Assembly: GCA_963827655.1 (NCBI GenBank)
Contig: CAWHCF010000021.1
Coordinates: 1-64,000 of the forward strand
DNA: 64,000 bases
Source: an uncultured Acidobacteriota bacterium
Lineage (GTDB): Bacteria; Acidobacteriota; UBA6911
Direction: 5' to 3'
The translations under genes and the position numbers were made by a program. Shown here piece by piece: positions 29,894 to 40,839 of this stretch. The notes under the pieces are model-generated. The model ran no database searches. It saw only the letters and a program-made list of their open reading frames with translations, and was not told the DNA's origin. How positions within the stretch are numbered: the stretch's first letter is position 1; each line of letters begins with the position of its first letter.

Positions 29894-30515
29894 TCACTTC
29901 GCCGCCGGCGGCTTTGCGGGCACCGTCCAGAAAAAGACCTGCCGGCCGTTCCACGTCAGCGGTTTTTTCAGGCTGCCAATCGCCCATACGGAAAGCGTGC
30001 GAGACGATGCGCGTTCCCGGCTTCAATTCGCGCCAGAGCTTGGGACGCAGTTTCTCGTTGAGCGAATCGAGCAGGTAGAGAGTAACCACCGTGGCTTCGC
30101 TGATGTTGGCGGTAAACAGATCCTCGTTACGGAATTTGACGAGTTTGGTCACGCCCGCGGCCTGGGCATTCTGCTCCGCTTCCTTGATGCGCTCAGGGTC
30201 GATGTCAATGCCGACCGCGCGGACGCCGAATTTCTTTGCGGCGGCGATGGGTATGCGCCCGTCGCCCGAACCCAGGTCGTAAAGCACGTCGTCTTTCTTG
30301 ACATTGGCCATCTTCAACATTTCATCCACGACTTCCGGTGGAGTCGGAACGTAATGCACGTCCGGGCTTCGCTTCTCCGCGGCCTTCTGTTCCTGGGGGT
30401 TGGCTACAGCGTTCGATTTTTGCGGTTTGGCCTGGTTTTGCGCGCCCGCCCGGTTGGAGCCGGCGGCCATGATCGAAACAGCTAGCAAGAAGAGGAAGAT
30501 CGTTTTGAGGCGCAT
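29894..30515 (-). CDS. Class I SAM-dependent methyltransferase with signal peptide (3' frameshift near 29950)
   Basis: 'PDVHYVPTP', 'YDLGSGDGRI', 'ATVVTLYLL' and 'PGTRIVSH.F'. Confidence 0.88.
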
Positions 30516-31068
30516 TGGACCACCTTTCGTGTAATAAGTTAGAGCGCACACTATACACGAAAAGAATCGGTGACAGGCTACCCTTTTCCCTTTTTCGGCA
30601 GGTGTAGAATTTATGACTGGTAAAAGGGAAAGCCCGTGGATCTTGTCCTTGGCCCTGCCCGGAGGAAGATGAACGTGGTGTCGCGCAGCGGCCTGACCAT
30701 CTCGAACCTGTCCATCTCCGATTCTCAACCAAGACAGGCTGGAGAGCCGCTAACCATTTCACATGCCATCATCCACCGACTCCCGGCCTACCATTAACGC
30801 TACGAATTCCCTGGGCCTCACAGTGCCGCTACAAACTGTTCCTCTTCCAGGAGCCCGCGATGTACTATTGGACGCTCCGACCCGGAAAGATCCGCATGTG
30901 AGACAACTTGTCCGCCAACCTGGCTACGGCGAAGCGCTCCCGTGGCGGATCCGCAACCCGAGTCGATGTCGCTGGGCGCGTCCCGTTGAAACCGGGATGC
31001 CTGCGCCGCTTTCGAAACCAATGACGTACGCGTCCGGAACATAAACCCGTTCCATTGCGGACTCTGCC

Positions 31069-32634
31069 ATGAGAGTAACCCTCAAGTCGCTGCTCGCGCT
31101 CCTATGGTTCCTTTGCGCCAACACCGCCTCCGCGCAGCGACCTGACATTCTCATAGTCATAGCCGACGACTGGGGTCCGCACGCGGGCGCCTACGGCACG
31201 CGCTGGATCAAAACACCAGGCTTCGACCGTGTGGCGCGCGAGGGACTGTTGTTTAAGAACGCCTACACACCCAACGCCAAGTGCGCGCCGTCCCGCGCTA
31301 TCCTGCTCACCGGCCGGCATTCGTGGCAGCTCGAAGAGGCCGGCAACCACATGGCCTATTTCCCTGCCAAGTTCAAAAGCTTCCCCGAGGCGCTCGCCGA
31401 ACGCGGTTACTTTGTCGGCACCACCGGAAAAGGCTGGGGGCCGGGCATCGCGAATGACGCCAGCGGAAAACCGCGCGCCATCTGCGGCACTCCCTTCCAG
31501 GGGCGCAAAGCGCCTACGCCTACGCAGGCGATAGGCAACAATGACTACGCCGCCAACTTCAAAGATTTCCTCGACGCGGCGCCCCCCTCGCAGCCGTGGT
31601 GTTTCTGGTATGGCGCCACGGAACCACACCGCGCCTACGAATACCGCGCGGGGGTCGCGAAGGGCGGCAAACGGTTGAGCGATATCGACCGTGTACCCGG
31701 CTATTGGCCTGACCTGGAGACCGTGCGCTACGACATGCTCGATTATGCCTTCGAGGTCGAGCACTTGGACGCACACTTCGTGCGCATGCTGGAGGAATTG
31801 GAAAAACGAGGTGGGCTCGACAACACTCTGATCGTCTATACCTCCGACCATGGGATGCCTTTCCCCCGCGTCAAGGGCCAGGCCTATCCCGACTCGAACC
31901 GCGTGCCGCTCGCCATCCGCTGGCCCAGGGGCACCAAGAACCCCGGCCGGGTTATCGAGGACTTCGTGGACTTCACCGACCTTGCGCCCACGCTCATTGA
32001 TCTGGCCGGCCTCAAGTGGTCCGAAACAGGAATGGCCCCCGCCACCGGGCGCAGTTTGCGGCCGATTCTAGAGAGTGGCAACTCCGGCCGGGTCATCCAA
32101 GCGCGCGATCATGTCCTCATCGGCAAGGAACGTCACGACGTCGGCCGCCCCGGCGACGTCGGCTACCCGATTCGCGGCGTGATCAGGGATGGCTTCCTCT
32201 ACCTGCGCAATTACGAGCCGGACCGGTGGCCGGTGGGAAATCCGGAGACTGGCTACCTCAACACCGACGGCAGCCCCACCAAGACCTTGATCCTCGATGC
32301 CCGGCGCCAGAATCCGGCGGACAATTTCTGGAGGCTGAACTTCGGCAAGCGCCCCGCCGAGGAACTCTACGACCTTCGCCGCGATCCCGACTGCGTGCGC
32401 AACCTCGCTGCCGACGCGGCATACGCCGGACGCCGCGCGAGGATGCACGAGCAGATGACAGCCGAGCTGAAGGCGCAGGGCGACCCGCGCATGTTCGGCC
32501 GGGGCGACATTTTCGACCGTTACCCCATTTCAACCGAGGCCGTGCGCAACTTCTACGAGCGCTTCATGCGCGGAGAGAATCCGAGGGCCGGCTGGGTGAA
32601 CGAAACCGATTTCGAGAAGACACCGCCAAAATGA
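31069..32634 (+). CDS. Sulfatase (formylglycine-dependent, N-sulfoglucosamine sulfohydrolase-like)
   Basis: '[11 protein letters not shown]', CAPSR motif followed by LTGR, '[11 protein letters not shown]' and 'EELYDL..DP'; signal peptide. Confidence 0.93.
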   Translation: MRVTLKSLLALLWFLCANTASAQRPDILIVIADDWGPHAGAYGTRWIKTPGFDRVAREGLLFKNAYTPNAKCAPSRAILLTGRHSWQLEEAGNHMAYFPAKFKSFPEALAERGYFVGTTGKGWGPGIANDASGKPRAICGTPFQGRKAPTPTQAIGNNDYAANFKDFLDAAPPSQPWCFWYGATEPHRAYEYRAGVAKGGKRLSDIDRVPGYWPDLETVRYDMLDYAFEVEHLDAHFVRMLEELEKRGGLDNTLIVYTSDHGMPFPRVKGQAYPDSNRVPLAIRWPRGTKNPGRVIEDFVDFTDLAPTLIDLAGLKWSETGMAPATGRSLRPILESGNSGRVIQARDHVLIGKERHDVGRPGDVGYPIRGVIRDGFLYLRNYEPDRWPVGNPETGYLNTDGSPTKTLILDARRQNPADNFWRLNFGKRPAEELYDLRRDPDCVRNLAADAAYAGRRARMHEQMTAELKAQGDPRMFGRGDIFDRYPISTEAVRNFYERFMRGENPRAGWVNETDFEKTPPK

Positions 32635-32761
32635 GCTGGAAACCGGGATGGTTAAAGACGAGCGCCCGCCACGCCTCCCGCGGGAGCGACTTTCAACTCA
32701 GCACTTTTACTTTCCACTGAATCCGAGTTTCACGGTTGCGCGAAGGGCCCAAGGCGGCCGG

Positions 32762-33188
32762 GCTCCGGTTTCAGGTCGCGGTGAACGATTCACCTTTTTG
32801 ATGGGTCGGCGCGCCAGTCCGTGCGCTAGCTGGATTGCATACTCGATCGCTTTGCGCGAGGAGAGTCAGAGCCAACCTTCGGCGACGGCGCTCGCCGAGT
32901 GTTTCCCCTTCAAGCAATTCAGACACGACATAAAGTGATCCAAGCTCCGTACCGGTGTCGTAGACGGCCAGGATATTAGGATGGTTGAGCATCCGCGGCT
33001 GCGCGAGCTTCCTGCTCGAAACGATGCAGGCGATCCGCATCATTACTACAGGCCGCGGGAAGAACCTTGAGCGCGACTTCTCGGCCCAGGCGGGTGTCCC
33101 TCGCTCGATACACCTCGCCCATGCCGCCGGCGCCAATCGCCGCGACGACTTCATACGGGCCAAGCCGCGTGCCTGGAGGGTGTCGCAT
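32762..33188 (-). pseudogene. Truncated, frameshifted Hanks-type Ser/Thr protein kinase
   Basis: 'GTRLGPYEV...[23 protein letters not shown]', '[11 protein letters not shown]' and 'IVHRDLKPE', after which similarity ends. Confidence 0.85.
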
Positions 33189-33318
33189 AGAAGTGCGTAG
33201 GGATTATAGTCCAAGACGCAGGTTGATGAGTTCGCTTTCAGTCTCAGGAGCAACCAGGCATCCGACAGATCGACCGGGGTCAAGGCGTGGAGTCGGTGCC
33301 GGTTTCCCACCGAGATCG

Positions 33319-35487
33319 TTACGTCTGGCGCAGGGCGGCGCCGCGGATGGGCATCGAGCGAAGCCGCACGGAACAAGCGTCAAAAACGGCATTCGCGATT
33401 GCCGGCGGCACGGCAATCATCGGCGTTTCACCGGCGCCTGCCGAGGCGAGGTCGGGCCGGTTGACCAGGATAGTCTCGATCGGTGGGACGTCCTTGAAGC
33501 GGGGAACCTGATATTGAGAGAACCGGGCGTTCAGGATGCGCCCGTCTTCAAAGTGAATCTCCTCACTTAACGCTCCGCCCAGGGTCATCACGATGCAGCC
33601 ATCCACCTGGGCGCGGAGGTTATCCGGATTCTGGATGGCTCCGCACTCGAAAGCCTGGTAGATCTTCAGCACGCGGACGGCGCCGCGCCGCCGGTCAACG
33701 TCCACTTCGACGCAGGCTGCAACGTAGGAACCCTTCTCCGTCCCGCACGCCAGGCCGATGCCCTTGCCGGGGCCTCGTTCTTTGCCGCGACTCCGCCAAC
33801 CGGAACGTTCGGCGGCTGCCTGCAAGACTGCGCGAAGCCGCTCGTTTTTCAGATGGCGCAGCCGGAAATCGAGCGGATCCGCCTTTGACGCCGAGGCGAG
33901 TTCGTCCATGAAGGACTCGCGTGCGAATGTGTTGGCCGTGCTCGCAAGAGCCCGGTAGGAACCTTCGCGCAACGGCGATTCGCAGTAGCAGAATTGTTCG
34001 CGCGCGTGAGGAATCTCGTAGGGAGACTCGAGCGCCGACGCGCCCGAGTTGAAGTTGGTAAAATCCCAGGCCACCAGGCGCCCGTCGGCATCCATGCCCG
34101 CACTCACCTCGATCAGGCCGGCCGGTCTGAAATACGCCCAGGTGAACTCCTCTTCTCGCGTCCAGCGCAGCGAAACAGGCCTCCCCGCAGCTTTGGACAG
34201 ACGCGCCGCTTCGACGGCGGCCTCGCCCGTGTGTCTGCCTCCGAATCCTCCGCCGGTGTCGGGCACCATGACCCGCACCCGGTCCTCAGACAGACGGAAG
34301 GCCTCTGCCAGTTCGCGCCGCACCCGCTGAGGCTGTTGCGTTCCGGTCCAGACCGTGAGCCGGTCGTCCTGCCACTCGGCCACGGCGGCCCGAGGCTCCA
34401 TGGGCGCATGCTGAATGAAGGCGATCTCGTACGCGGCGCGGGCCACCTGTTTGGCGGAGGCCAGTCCTTCCTCGAGCGAGCCCCGGTTGCGGACGCGCGG
34501 CCTGCGCGGGCTCGATTCGTCTGTGACCGCCTTCTGCTTGAGATAGGAGAACAACTCCTTGCTGGAAGGATGGGACGTCCGTTTCCATGCGGCCGTGGCC
34601 AGAAGCGCATCGATGCCCTGCTGTGCCTGAAACGACGTGGGAGCCGCGCAGCCGACGAAGTTGCCATCACGCGCCACGGCAACTCCTGTCATTGCTTGCG
34701 CCGGGGACAGATCGATACCGGTCAGAGTAGCCCCGTACGCCGGAGGGCGCAGGACCTTGCCGTAAAGCATGTTGGGACGCAACACATCCGAGGGATAACG
34801 GTGAGCGCCGGTGACGATGTCGCGGCCGCCGGCCTTTCGCACTGAAGTCCCCAGGACCTGCCAGCGGTCCACCGGCGTGATGCTCACGTCTTGAGCGATG
34901 CTTTGTTCGAAACGCTTGGCGAGATCGGCCGATCGCGCTAACTCGCCATAGCTCAGGCTTCGCCCGGTGGCCGGATCGACGATCTTACCGGCTTCGACGC
35001 GTAATGCCTGGCGATCTGAACCCCACTGCTGCCGGGCCAACTCGATCAAGATTTCGCGCGCCGCGGCGGCGGCCCTACGAACCGCAGGAACCGTGCTGGG
35101 CGTGGTGCGGCTGCCGGAAGTGCCGCCGTCATCGGGAACCTGCGCCGTGTCTGCCATCACCAGGCTGATGCGATCGACCGGAACCCTCAGCTCTTCGGCT
35201 GCCGCCTGCGCCAGCTGGGTGCGGGAACCCTGGCCGACCTCGACCTTGCTCGTCAGGATAGTGATGGCGCCGTCGTTCGCGATGTGGAGTCGCGCGGAGA
35301 CGCTTTCCTTCTCACGAGTGTTCTGAGCGGCAGCATCGCCGTCGGTTGCCAGGATCAGCAAGCCGGCGCCCGTCACGCCCAGAAAATCTCTCCGGCTGAA
35401 ATCGAAGCGGTAGCGGCGGGCCTCACTCAGTTCGTAGCGTTCCGGCTCGAAGACACCGTCGGGTTCTTGGGAGTCTGGCATTCTCAT
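33319..35487 (-). CDS. Xanthine dehydrogenase family Mo-binding subunit (isoquinoline 1-oxidoreductase beta-like), copy 1
   Basis: 'SRRDFL', 'KVEVGQG', 'HAPMEPR', 'GGGFGG', 'WTREEEF' and 'GAGE'. Confidence 0.92.
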   Translation of the reverse strand: MRMPDSQEPDGVFEPERYELSEARRYRFDFSRRDFLGVTGAGLLILATDGDAAAQNTREKESVSARLHIANDGAITILTSKVEVGQGSRTQLAQAAAEELRVPVDRISLVMADTAQVPDDGGTSGSRTTPSTVPAVRRAAAAAREILIELARQQWGSDRQALRVEAGKIVDPATGRSLSYGELARSADLAKRFEQSIAQDVSITPVDRWQVLGTSVRKAGGRDIVTGAHRYPSDVLRPNMLYGKVLRPPAYGATLTGIDLSPAQAMTGVAVARDGNFVGCAAPTSFQAQQGIDALLATAAWKRTSHPSSKELFSYLKQKAVTDESSPRRPRVRNRGSLEEGLASAKQVARAAYEIAFIQHAPMEPRAAVAEWQDDRLTVWTGTQQPQRVRRELAEAFRLSEDRVRVMVPDTGGGFGGRHTGEAAVEAARLSKAAGRPVSLRWTREEEFTWAYFRPAGLIEVSAGMDADGRLVAWDFTNFNSGASALESPYEIPHAREQFCYCESPLREGSYRALASTANTFARESFMDELASASKADPLDFRLRHLKNERLRAVLQAAAERSGWRSRGKERGPGKGIGLACGTEKGSYVAACVEVDVDRRRGAVRVLKIYQAFECGAIQNPDNLRAQVDGCIVMTLGGALSEEIHFEDGRILNARFSQYQVPRFKDVPPIETILVNRPDLASAGAGETPMIAVPPAIANAVFDACSVRLRSMPIRGAALRQT

Positions 35488-35972
35488 TCTCGCTTGGTCG
35501 TAGCTCTCATTTTCGCGGCTCGGCTGACCGCCGAGAGAATGTTGGGGTAGCCGCAGCAGCGGCAAAGATTGCCGTTCATCCATTCGACGATTTGTTCCTG
35601 GCTTGGGTCCGGATTCTTTTCCAGCAGGCTGACGGCGCTCAGGATCATGCCCGGCACACAATAGCCGCATTGCATTGCGCCCTCGAGCATGAACGCCTCC
35701 TGGACAGGGTGCAGGGTGCCACCATGCGCCAGGCCTTCAATGGTGACGACGTCCTTGTTCTCGGCGCGCTTGAGCGGTACCAGACACGAAGTCACGGGCC
35801 TGCCGTCCATCAAGACCGTGCACGCCCGGCATTGGCCTTCACCACAGCCATACTTTGTGCCTGTGAGGTGCAGATCCTCCCGAAGCACGTCCAACAGCAT
35901 TCGCTCCGGATTGGTCTTTACGGTTTTGGCGGTGCCATTGATCTTCAGGTTGATCTGGGCATCCACGGGCAT
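35484..35972 (-). CDS. (2Fe-2S)-binding small subunit (IorA/CoxS-like), copy 1
   Basis: 'GTKYGCGEGQCRACTV', 'QCGYC.PG' and 'NLCRC'. Confidence 0.93.
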   Translation of the reverse strand: MPVDAQINLKINGTAKTVKTNPERMLLDVLREDLHLTGTKYGCGEGQCRACTVLMDGRPVTSCLVPLKRAENKDVVTIEGLAHGGTLHPVQEAFMLEGAMQCGYCVPGMILSAVSLLEKNPDPSQEQIVEWMNGNLCRCCGYPNILSAVSRAAKMRATTKRE

Positions 35973-36196
35973 CCCTCCAGGAAAGGGAAAGACTGCCATG
36001 TCTGAGGCAGGACTGGCAGATGACCGGCAAAGATCCCTCCGCATGATGCGAAGATTGGTGAATTATACAATCGCACCAGCCACGCCTACAACGAGCTTCT
36101 TTTCCCCTCCGGGGCTGCTTCCCGGCAAGCGGCGTCCGCATCCCGAGATTCGTAAGACCAGGGGAAAAGTGATAAGGTGTGTGAGAAAGGGCTCTC

Positions 36197-36568
36197 ATGA
36201 AACATACGCCTGAAGAAATCCGGCGGATTCTTTTGAGGCTGCGGGCCGAGATGCTCTTGTACCTTGGACGCACCGAGCAGGATACTCTCTTCTGCCATCG
36301 CTGCCTGCTGCCTCTCCCCGAAGGTGAGTTTGAGTCTTATAGCTTTTGCCCCTGGTGTTCGATGTCTCTGACTGGCTGTGCCCCGCGATATGACGAGTCC
36401 CGGAGGATCATCGAAAACGAGCGGGGTAATCAAACCGAGATTCAATGCGGTGAATGCGGAGGCGAATATGAGCAACCGGCGCGTTATCCCTTTAGGTTTT
36501 GCGCCCACTGCGGCGCCCCCTTTGCCGCGGAGGATGAGCTGGTCATTGTATTACCCTTCCAGGTCTGA
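36197..36568 (+). CDS. Double zinc-ribbon hypothetical protein
   Basis: Four CxxC motifs (CHRC, CPWC, CGEC, CAHC) after an N-terminal helix; a duplicate lies downstream. Confidence 0.75.
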   Translation: MKHTPEEIRRILLRLRAEMLLYLGRTEQDTLFCHRCLLPLPEGEFESYSFCPWCSMSLTGCAPRYDESRRIIENERGNQTEIQCGECGGEYEQPARYPFRFCAHCGAPFAAEDELVIVLPFQV

Positions 36569-36713
36569 ATGCCGCGAGCCGTCGTCGCAAGAGAGGGCCC
36601 AGCAGTCTGAAAAGCGCCGGACGCGTGTCTAATCGATTTCGGTGGCAAGCTCACAATCCGGGGCACGGATAGGAACATCGATAAAGTCTGGGCGGCCGCC
36701 ACGCCCGTGATGG

Positions 36714-36756
36714 GCAATCAGCTGTCAGCTCTCAGCCTTCAGCAATCAGCGGTCAG
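36714..36756 (+). repeat. Tandem heptamer array (GCNNTCA)x6
   Basis: gcaatca gctgtca gctctca gccttca gcaatca gcggtca. Confidence 0.85.
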
Positions 36757-36946
36757 GCCGGCGAAAAAGCCGAGTCGCACTTCTAGTCGCGCCCGGCTAA
36801 CTTACCGCTTCAGTCGCTACTCCCTGCGGGTGCAGGTGCAGCCCGACAAATCCCAACCGACTCGCGTCCTGGTAGCGTCGGCAAGAATCGTGGGAGCCAA
36901 GGACTATGAACCGCTGATAAGATGTGTCTAGGAAAATGGGCTCCTT

Positions 36947-37232
36947 ATGAAATATAATTCCGAAGAAATCCGGCGCCTCCTTCTGAGGCTCCGGGCTAAG
37001 ATGTTGTGGTACCTTGGGCGCACCGAGCAGGATATTCTCTCTTGTGATCGCTTCCCGAAGGTCCCGGAGGATCACCGAGAACGAATGGGGCGATCAAAGC
37101 GAGATCCAATGCGGCGAATGCAGAGGCGAGTATGAGCAACCCGCACGTTATCCCTTTCGGTTTTTGGCTCACTGCGGCGCTCCGATTGCCGCTGAGGATG
37201 AACTCATCATTGTCTTACCCCTCCGTGTTTGA
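36947..37232 (+). pseudogene. Degenerate duplicate of the zinc-ribbon gene
   Basis: 'MKYNSEEIRRLLLRLRA.ML.YLGRTEQD', then an internal deletion and frameshift, then 'CGEC.GEYEQPARYPFRF(L)AHCGAP'. Confidence 0.8.
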
Positions 37233-37630
37233 ACGCCTTCTCACAGGTGTTCGTTTCAGTGAATACTCGGTGCGCCGAACTTGGTGGAGGCACCAAAGGC
37301 ACCGGCCTCTCGAGCAGATGAAGGCCTAACTGCGGCGACCGCGGCTACAGTACGTTTCCCACGAGCAGGCCCGGCTTGTTGAAGAGCACCTCCGGCGCCT
37401 GCCTATCTGACGAAAATCCGTCGTGATCCGAGCCAGAGAGCTCGCTTGGATGTGTTTTTACCTAAATGGCTCAAGAATAGAATTTTATATAGAGCTCTTT
37501 TCACGGGTCACGGGGAATTCTTTTGATATGACACTAATTCCGGTCCGGGTGCCGGTTATTAAAGCTCTTTCATGATTTACAGGTCATCGATAGAGGACTT
37601 CATTCGCACTTTATACTAACAGGAGCGCTC

Positions 37631-40228
37631 ATGTCGCCGATCGAGATTTCTCTCGACTGTGCAATCCAAGAAGCATCATCTTCGGTTCCAAACAAATTCG
37701 GAGTCGACCGACAAACGGGAGGTACTAGAAGGCCCAGGGTAAAGGGGAAGTTTCTTTTTGCTGGAGATGAAAAGATCTGGGTCCGTGGCGTCACTTACGG
37801 GCCATTTCGCCCGGACGCAACGGGAAGCGCATATCACGATCGGGAAGTTGTCGAGCGTGATTTCGCCCAAATCAAGGCCAACGGAATGAACGCGGTGAGA
37901 ACGTACACCGTGCCGCCGCGCTGGTTGCTTGACATCGCACATAGAAATGGCCTTTACGTGATGATCGGTCTCCCCTGGGAACAACATGTGGATTTCCTCG
38001 ACAACAGAGCGGGGGCGCGGTCGATAGAGGACAGGCTGCGACGCGGTGTGTACGCCTGCGCTGGCCACTCGGCAGTTCTCTGCTATGCGATCGGCAACGA
38101 AATCCCGAGCCCCATTGTGCGCTGGATCGGCCGCCGCTGCACCGAGCGATTTATCGAACGGTTGTGCCGGTCTGCGAGAAAAGAGGACCCCGGCGCTCTC
38201 TTCACCTATGTCAACTATCCCTCGACCGAGTATCTCCAGCTTCCTTTTATCGATCTGGTTGCGTTCAACGTCTATCTTGAATCTCAGGAAAGTCTCGAAG
38301 CCTATCTCGCTCGCCTCCACAATCTGGCCGGGGACCGGCCGCTTCTTGCCGCGGAGATCGGCCTCGACAGCCTTCGTCATGGCCAGCATGCGCAGGCGCG
38401 GGCCCTCGATTGGCAGGTCCGGGCGATTTTTTCGGCAGGCTGCGCGGGTACTTTCGTCTTTTCCTGGACCGACGAGTGGCACCGCGGGGGCCATGATATT
38501 GAAGACTGGAAGTTCGGACTTGTCAGTCGAAACCGCCAGCCCAAGCCCGCGCTGGCGGCTGTGCGTAAGGCTTTCGCTGAAACCCGGCTTTCCTCGGATG
38601 TCGATTGGCCCCGAATTTCGGTAGTGGTATGCAGTTACAACGGAGCGCGCACCATCCGCGGCTGCCTCGAAGGATTGCGAAAGGTTCGATATCCAAATTT
38701 TGAAGTCATCGTGGTAGATGATGGATCAACCGACTCAACCGCTGAAATTGCGGACGAGTACGGGTTCGTAGTCATACGTACCGAAAATCGCGGCTTATCA
38801 AGCGCCCGTAACACCGGGATGGAAGCAGCAACCGGCGAAGTCGTCGCTTACATTGACGACGACGCCTCCCCCGACTCTGACTGGCTTACCTATCTGGCCA
38901 CCACGTTCATGCGGACCAAACACGTCGCTGTTGGTGGCCCCAACATCGCTCCGGAGAACGATGGATTTATCGCCCATTGCGTGGATCAATCCCCAGGGAA
39001 TCCGGTTCATGTTCTTTTATCGGATGGAGAGGCCGAGCACCTTCCCGGATGCAACCTGGCGATCCGCAAAGCCGCCCTCCAGGCAATCGGTGGCTTCGAC
39101 CCGCAGTTTCGTACGGCCGGCGACGACGTCGACGCGTGCTGGCGGTTGCAGCAAAAGGGGTGGACTCTGGGATTCTCACCTGCTGCCATGGTCTGGCACC
39201 ATCGCCGTAATTCGATTCGCCAGTTCTGGAAGCAGCAATTGAATTACGGCAGAGCCGAGGCGATGCTGGAAAGAAAATGGCCGGATAAGTATAACGGCGC
39301 TGGTCACCTCACCTGGGTGGGACGAGTCTACGGGAATGAACTCCAGTTTACCCTGGGGCTAAGGGACCGAATATATCACGGCACTTGGGGCAGCGCTCCG
39401 TTTCAGTCTCTTTACCAGCCTGCCCCGAGCTTGCTCGCGGCCCTTCTAACACTGCCGGAGTGGTATCTGGTCAACATAGCTCTCGTTGCTCTCTCAGGGA
39501 TCGGCATTCTCTGGAAGCCTTTCCTTATGGCGCTGCCCATGCTGGGCCTCTCCGCTGGCTTGCCCTTTATCCACGTCGTGATACGTGTAGCTCGCCTGAG
39601 GTGTAAGACCAAGCCTCAGAGATATTTTCATCGGCTTAAATTCCGGCTGGTCACCGCTTTCGTCCATATGTTGCAGCCGCTGGCGCGGCTGTATGGGCGT
39701 CTCATGTGGGGTTTGACACCGTGGCGGCGCAGCCTCACCGGGTTTTACCCTCCCTGGCCCAGTGGATTCACGCTCTGGAGCCAGCGCTGGCAGGCCGCCG
39801 AGGAAAGACTTCAATTACTTGAGGCTACACTACGCACAGAGCGTGCGGTCGTGCTGCGCGGCGGCGCCTATGACCGATGGGATCTTGAAGTCCGCGGTGG
39901 TTTTGTCGGAGCGACCCGAACCCAGATGGTGATTGAAGAGCATGGCGCGGGCCAGCAGTATATCCGCTTTCGCTTCTGGCCTCGCTGTTCCCCTATCTGG
40001 GTGGTGTTCACAACTCTATTTGCTTCCCTGTCCGCCTGGGCGGCGCTCGACCAGGCCTGGTCGGCTTCTGCGTTGCTGGCGACAATCACGGTCCTGATGG
40101 CACTTCTCCTGGTACGAGACTGCGCCGCCGCGACCGACGCCCTCACCCGCGCCGCCAGACAATTAAGAGATGACAATGCGAGCGCTTGCCGCTCACAAGG
40201 AATACTGGAGCGAGGAGAGCCCGCATGA
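37631..40228 (+). CDS. GH-A clan (GH2-like) TIM barrel - GT2 glycosyltransferase - membrane domain fusion
   Basis: 'GVTYGPF', 'AIGNEIP', 'AEIG' and 'FSWTDEW'; then 'ISVVVCSYNG', 'VVDDGSTD', 'YIDDD' and 'GDDVD'; C-terminal TM helices. Confidence 0.9.
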   Translation: MSPIEISLDCAIQEASSSVPNKFGVDRQTGGTRRPRVKGKFLFAGDEKIWVRGVTYGPFRPDATGSAYHDREVVERDFAQIKANGMNAVRTYTVPPRWLLDIAHRNGLYVMIGLPWEQHVDFLDNRAGARSIEDRLRRGVYACAGHSAVLCYAIGNEIPSPIVRWIGRRCTERFIERLCRSARKEDPGALFTYVNYPSTEYLQLPFIDLVAFNVYLESQESLEAYLARLHNLAGDRPLLAAEIGLDSLRHGQHAQARALDWQVRAIFSAGCAGTFVFSWTDEWHRGGHDIEDWKFGLVSRNRQPKPALAAVRKAFAETRLSSDVDWPRISVVVCSYNGARTIRGCLEGLRKVRYPNFEVIVVDDGSTDSTAEIADEYGFVVIRTENRGLSSARNTGMEAATGEVVAYIDDDASPDSDWLTYLATTFMRTKHVAVGGPNIAPENDGFIAHCVDQSPGNPVHVLLSDGEAEHLPGCNLAIRKAALQAIGGFDPQFRTAGDDVDACWRLQQKGWTLGFSPAAMVWHHRRNSIRQFWKQQLNYGRAEAMLERKWPDKYNGAGHLTWVGRVYGNELQFTLGLRDRIYHGTWGSAPFQSLYQPAPSLLAALLTLPEWYLVNIALVALSGIGILWKPFLMALPMLGLSAGLPFIHVVIRVARLRCKTKPQRYFHRLKFRLVTAFVHMLQPLARLYGRLMWGLTPWRRSLTGFYPPWPSGFTLWSQRWQAAEERLQLLEATLRTERAVVLRGGAYDRWDLEVRGGFVGATRTQMVIEEHGAGQQYIRFRFWPRCSPIWVVFTTLFASLSAWAALDQAWSASALLATITVLMALLLVRDCAAATDALTRAARQLRDDNASACRSQGILERGEPA

Positions 40229-40839
40229 GTCTCACGTTAAAGAGTATTTATCCCGTAAATCCAGACTACGGAGTTTATCAGGGGGTACCTATAGCCCGTT
40301 ACTATATCGACAAATATATGGCGGCGAATGCGTCAAAGATCTCCGGCAGTGTCCTCGAATTTGGCAGCCCGACGTACGCGGCAAACCTCAATTGCAGTTA
40401 CGACATTGTGGACATAGATCGCAACAATTCTGTTGCGAATGTGCACCTGGACATATGCGACGATCTGCGACGCGGATTCCCATCGAAGCAGTATGATTTT
40501 ATAATCTGCACTGCGGTCCTCCAGCTTGTGTCCAACCCTCAGAAAGCTCTAGACAACATGCACGCTCTCTTAAACCCGGGAGGAGCGCTGATTCTGGCCG
40601 AGAAATGTCTGTCAAAAATGGATTCATGGTTTGCTTCTGTCGATAGGTGGCGCTTCACGCCGAATGGGCTGCAGCTTCTGTTAGCGGCCTTCTCGCGCGT
40701 GCAAATAGCCTCGTTCGGTAACGTGTACGCTATATGCGCTTACTTGCTTGGTATACCCGCAGGAGAGATAGAAAAGGATAAGCTGGATTATGTCGACCCT
40801 GAGTATCCTTTGGTGTCGATAGCCTATGCCGAGAGGTAG
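40225..40839 (+). CDS. Class I SAM-dependent methyltransferase
   Basis: 'G.PIARYYIDK', 'VLEFGS', 'YDFIICTAVL', 'LLNPGG.LI' and 'WRFTP'. Confidence 0.8.
   Translation: MSLTLKSIYPVNPDYGVYQGVPIARYYIDKYMAANASKISGSVLEFGSPTYAANLNCSYDIVDIDRNNSVANVHLDICDDLRRGFPSKQYDFIICTAVLQLVSNPQKALDNMHALLNPGGALILAEKCLSKMDSWFASVDRWRFTPNGLQLLLAAFSRVQIASFGNVYAICAYLLGIPAGEIEKDKLDYVDPEYPLVSIAYAER

Noticed and set aside
30520-31060. Short ORFs between the methyltransferase and the sulfatase
   Set aside because: No recognisable family or RBS in any frame. It may be a decayed remnant, but I cannot support a call.
37233-37630. Possible ncRNA or riboswitch upstream of the glycan operon
   Set aside because: AT-rich promoter-like DNA with no recognisable conserved structure; an Rfam/Infernal search would be needed.
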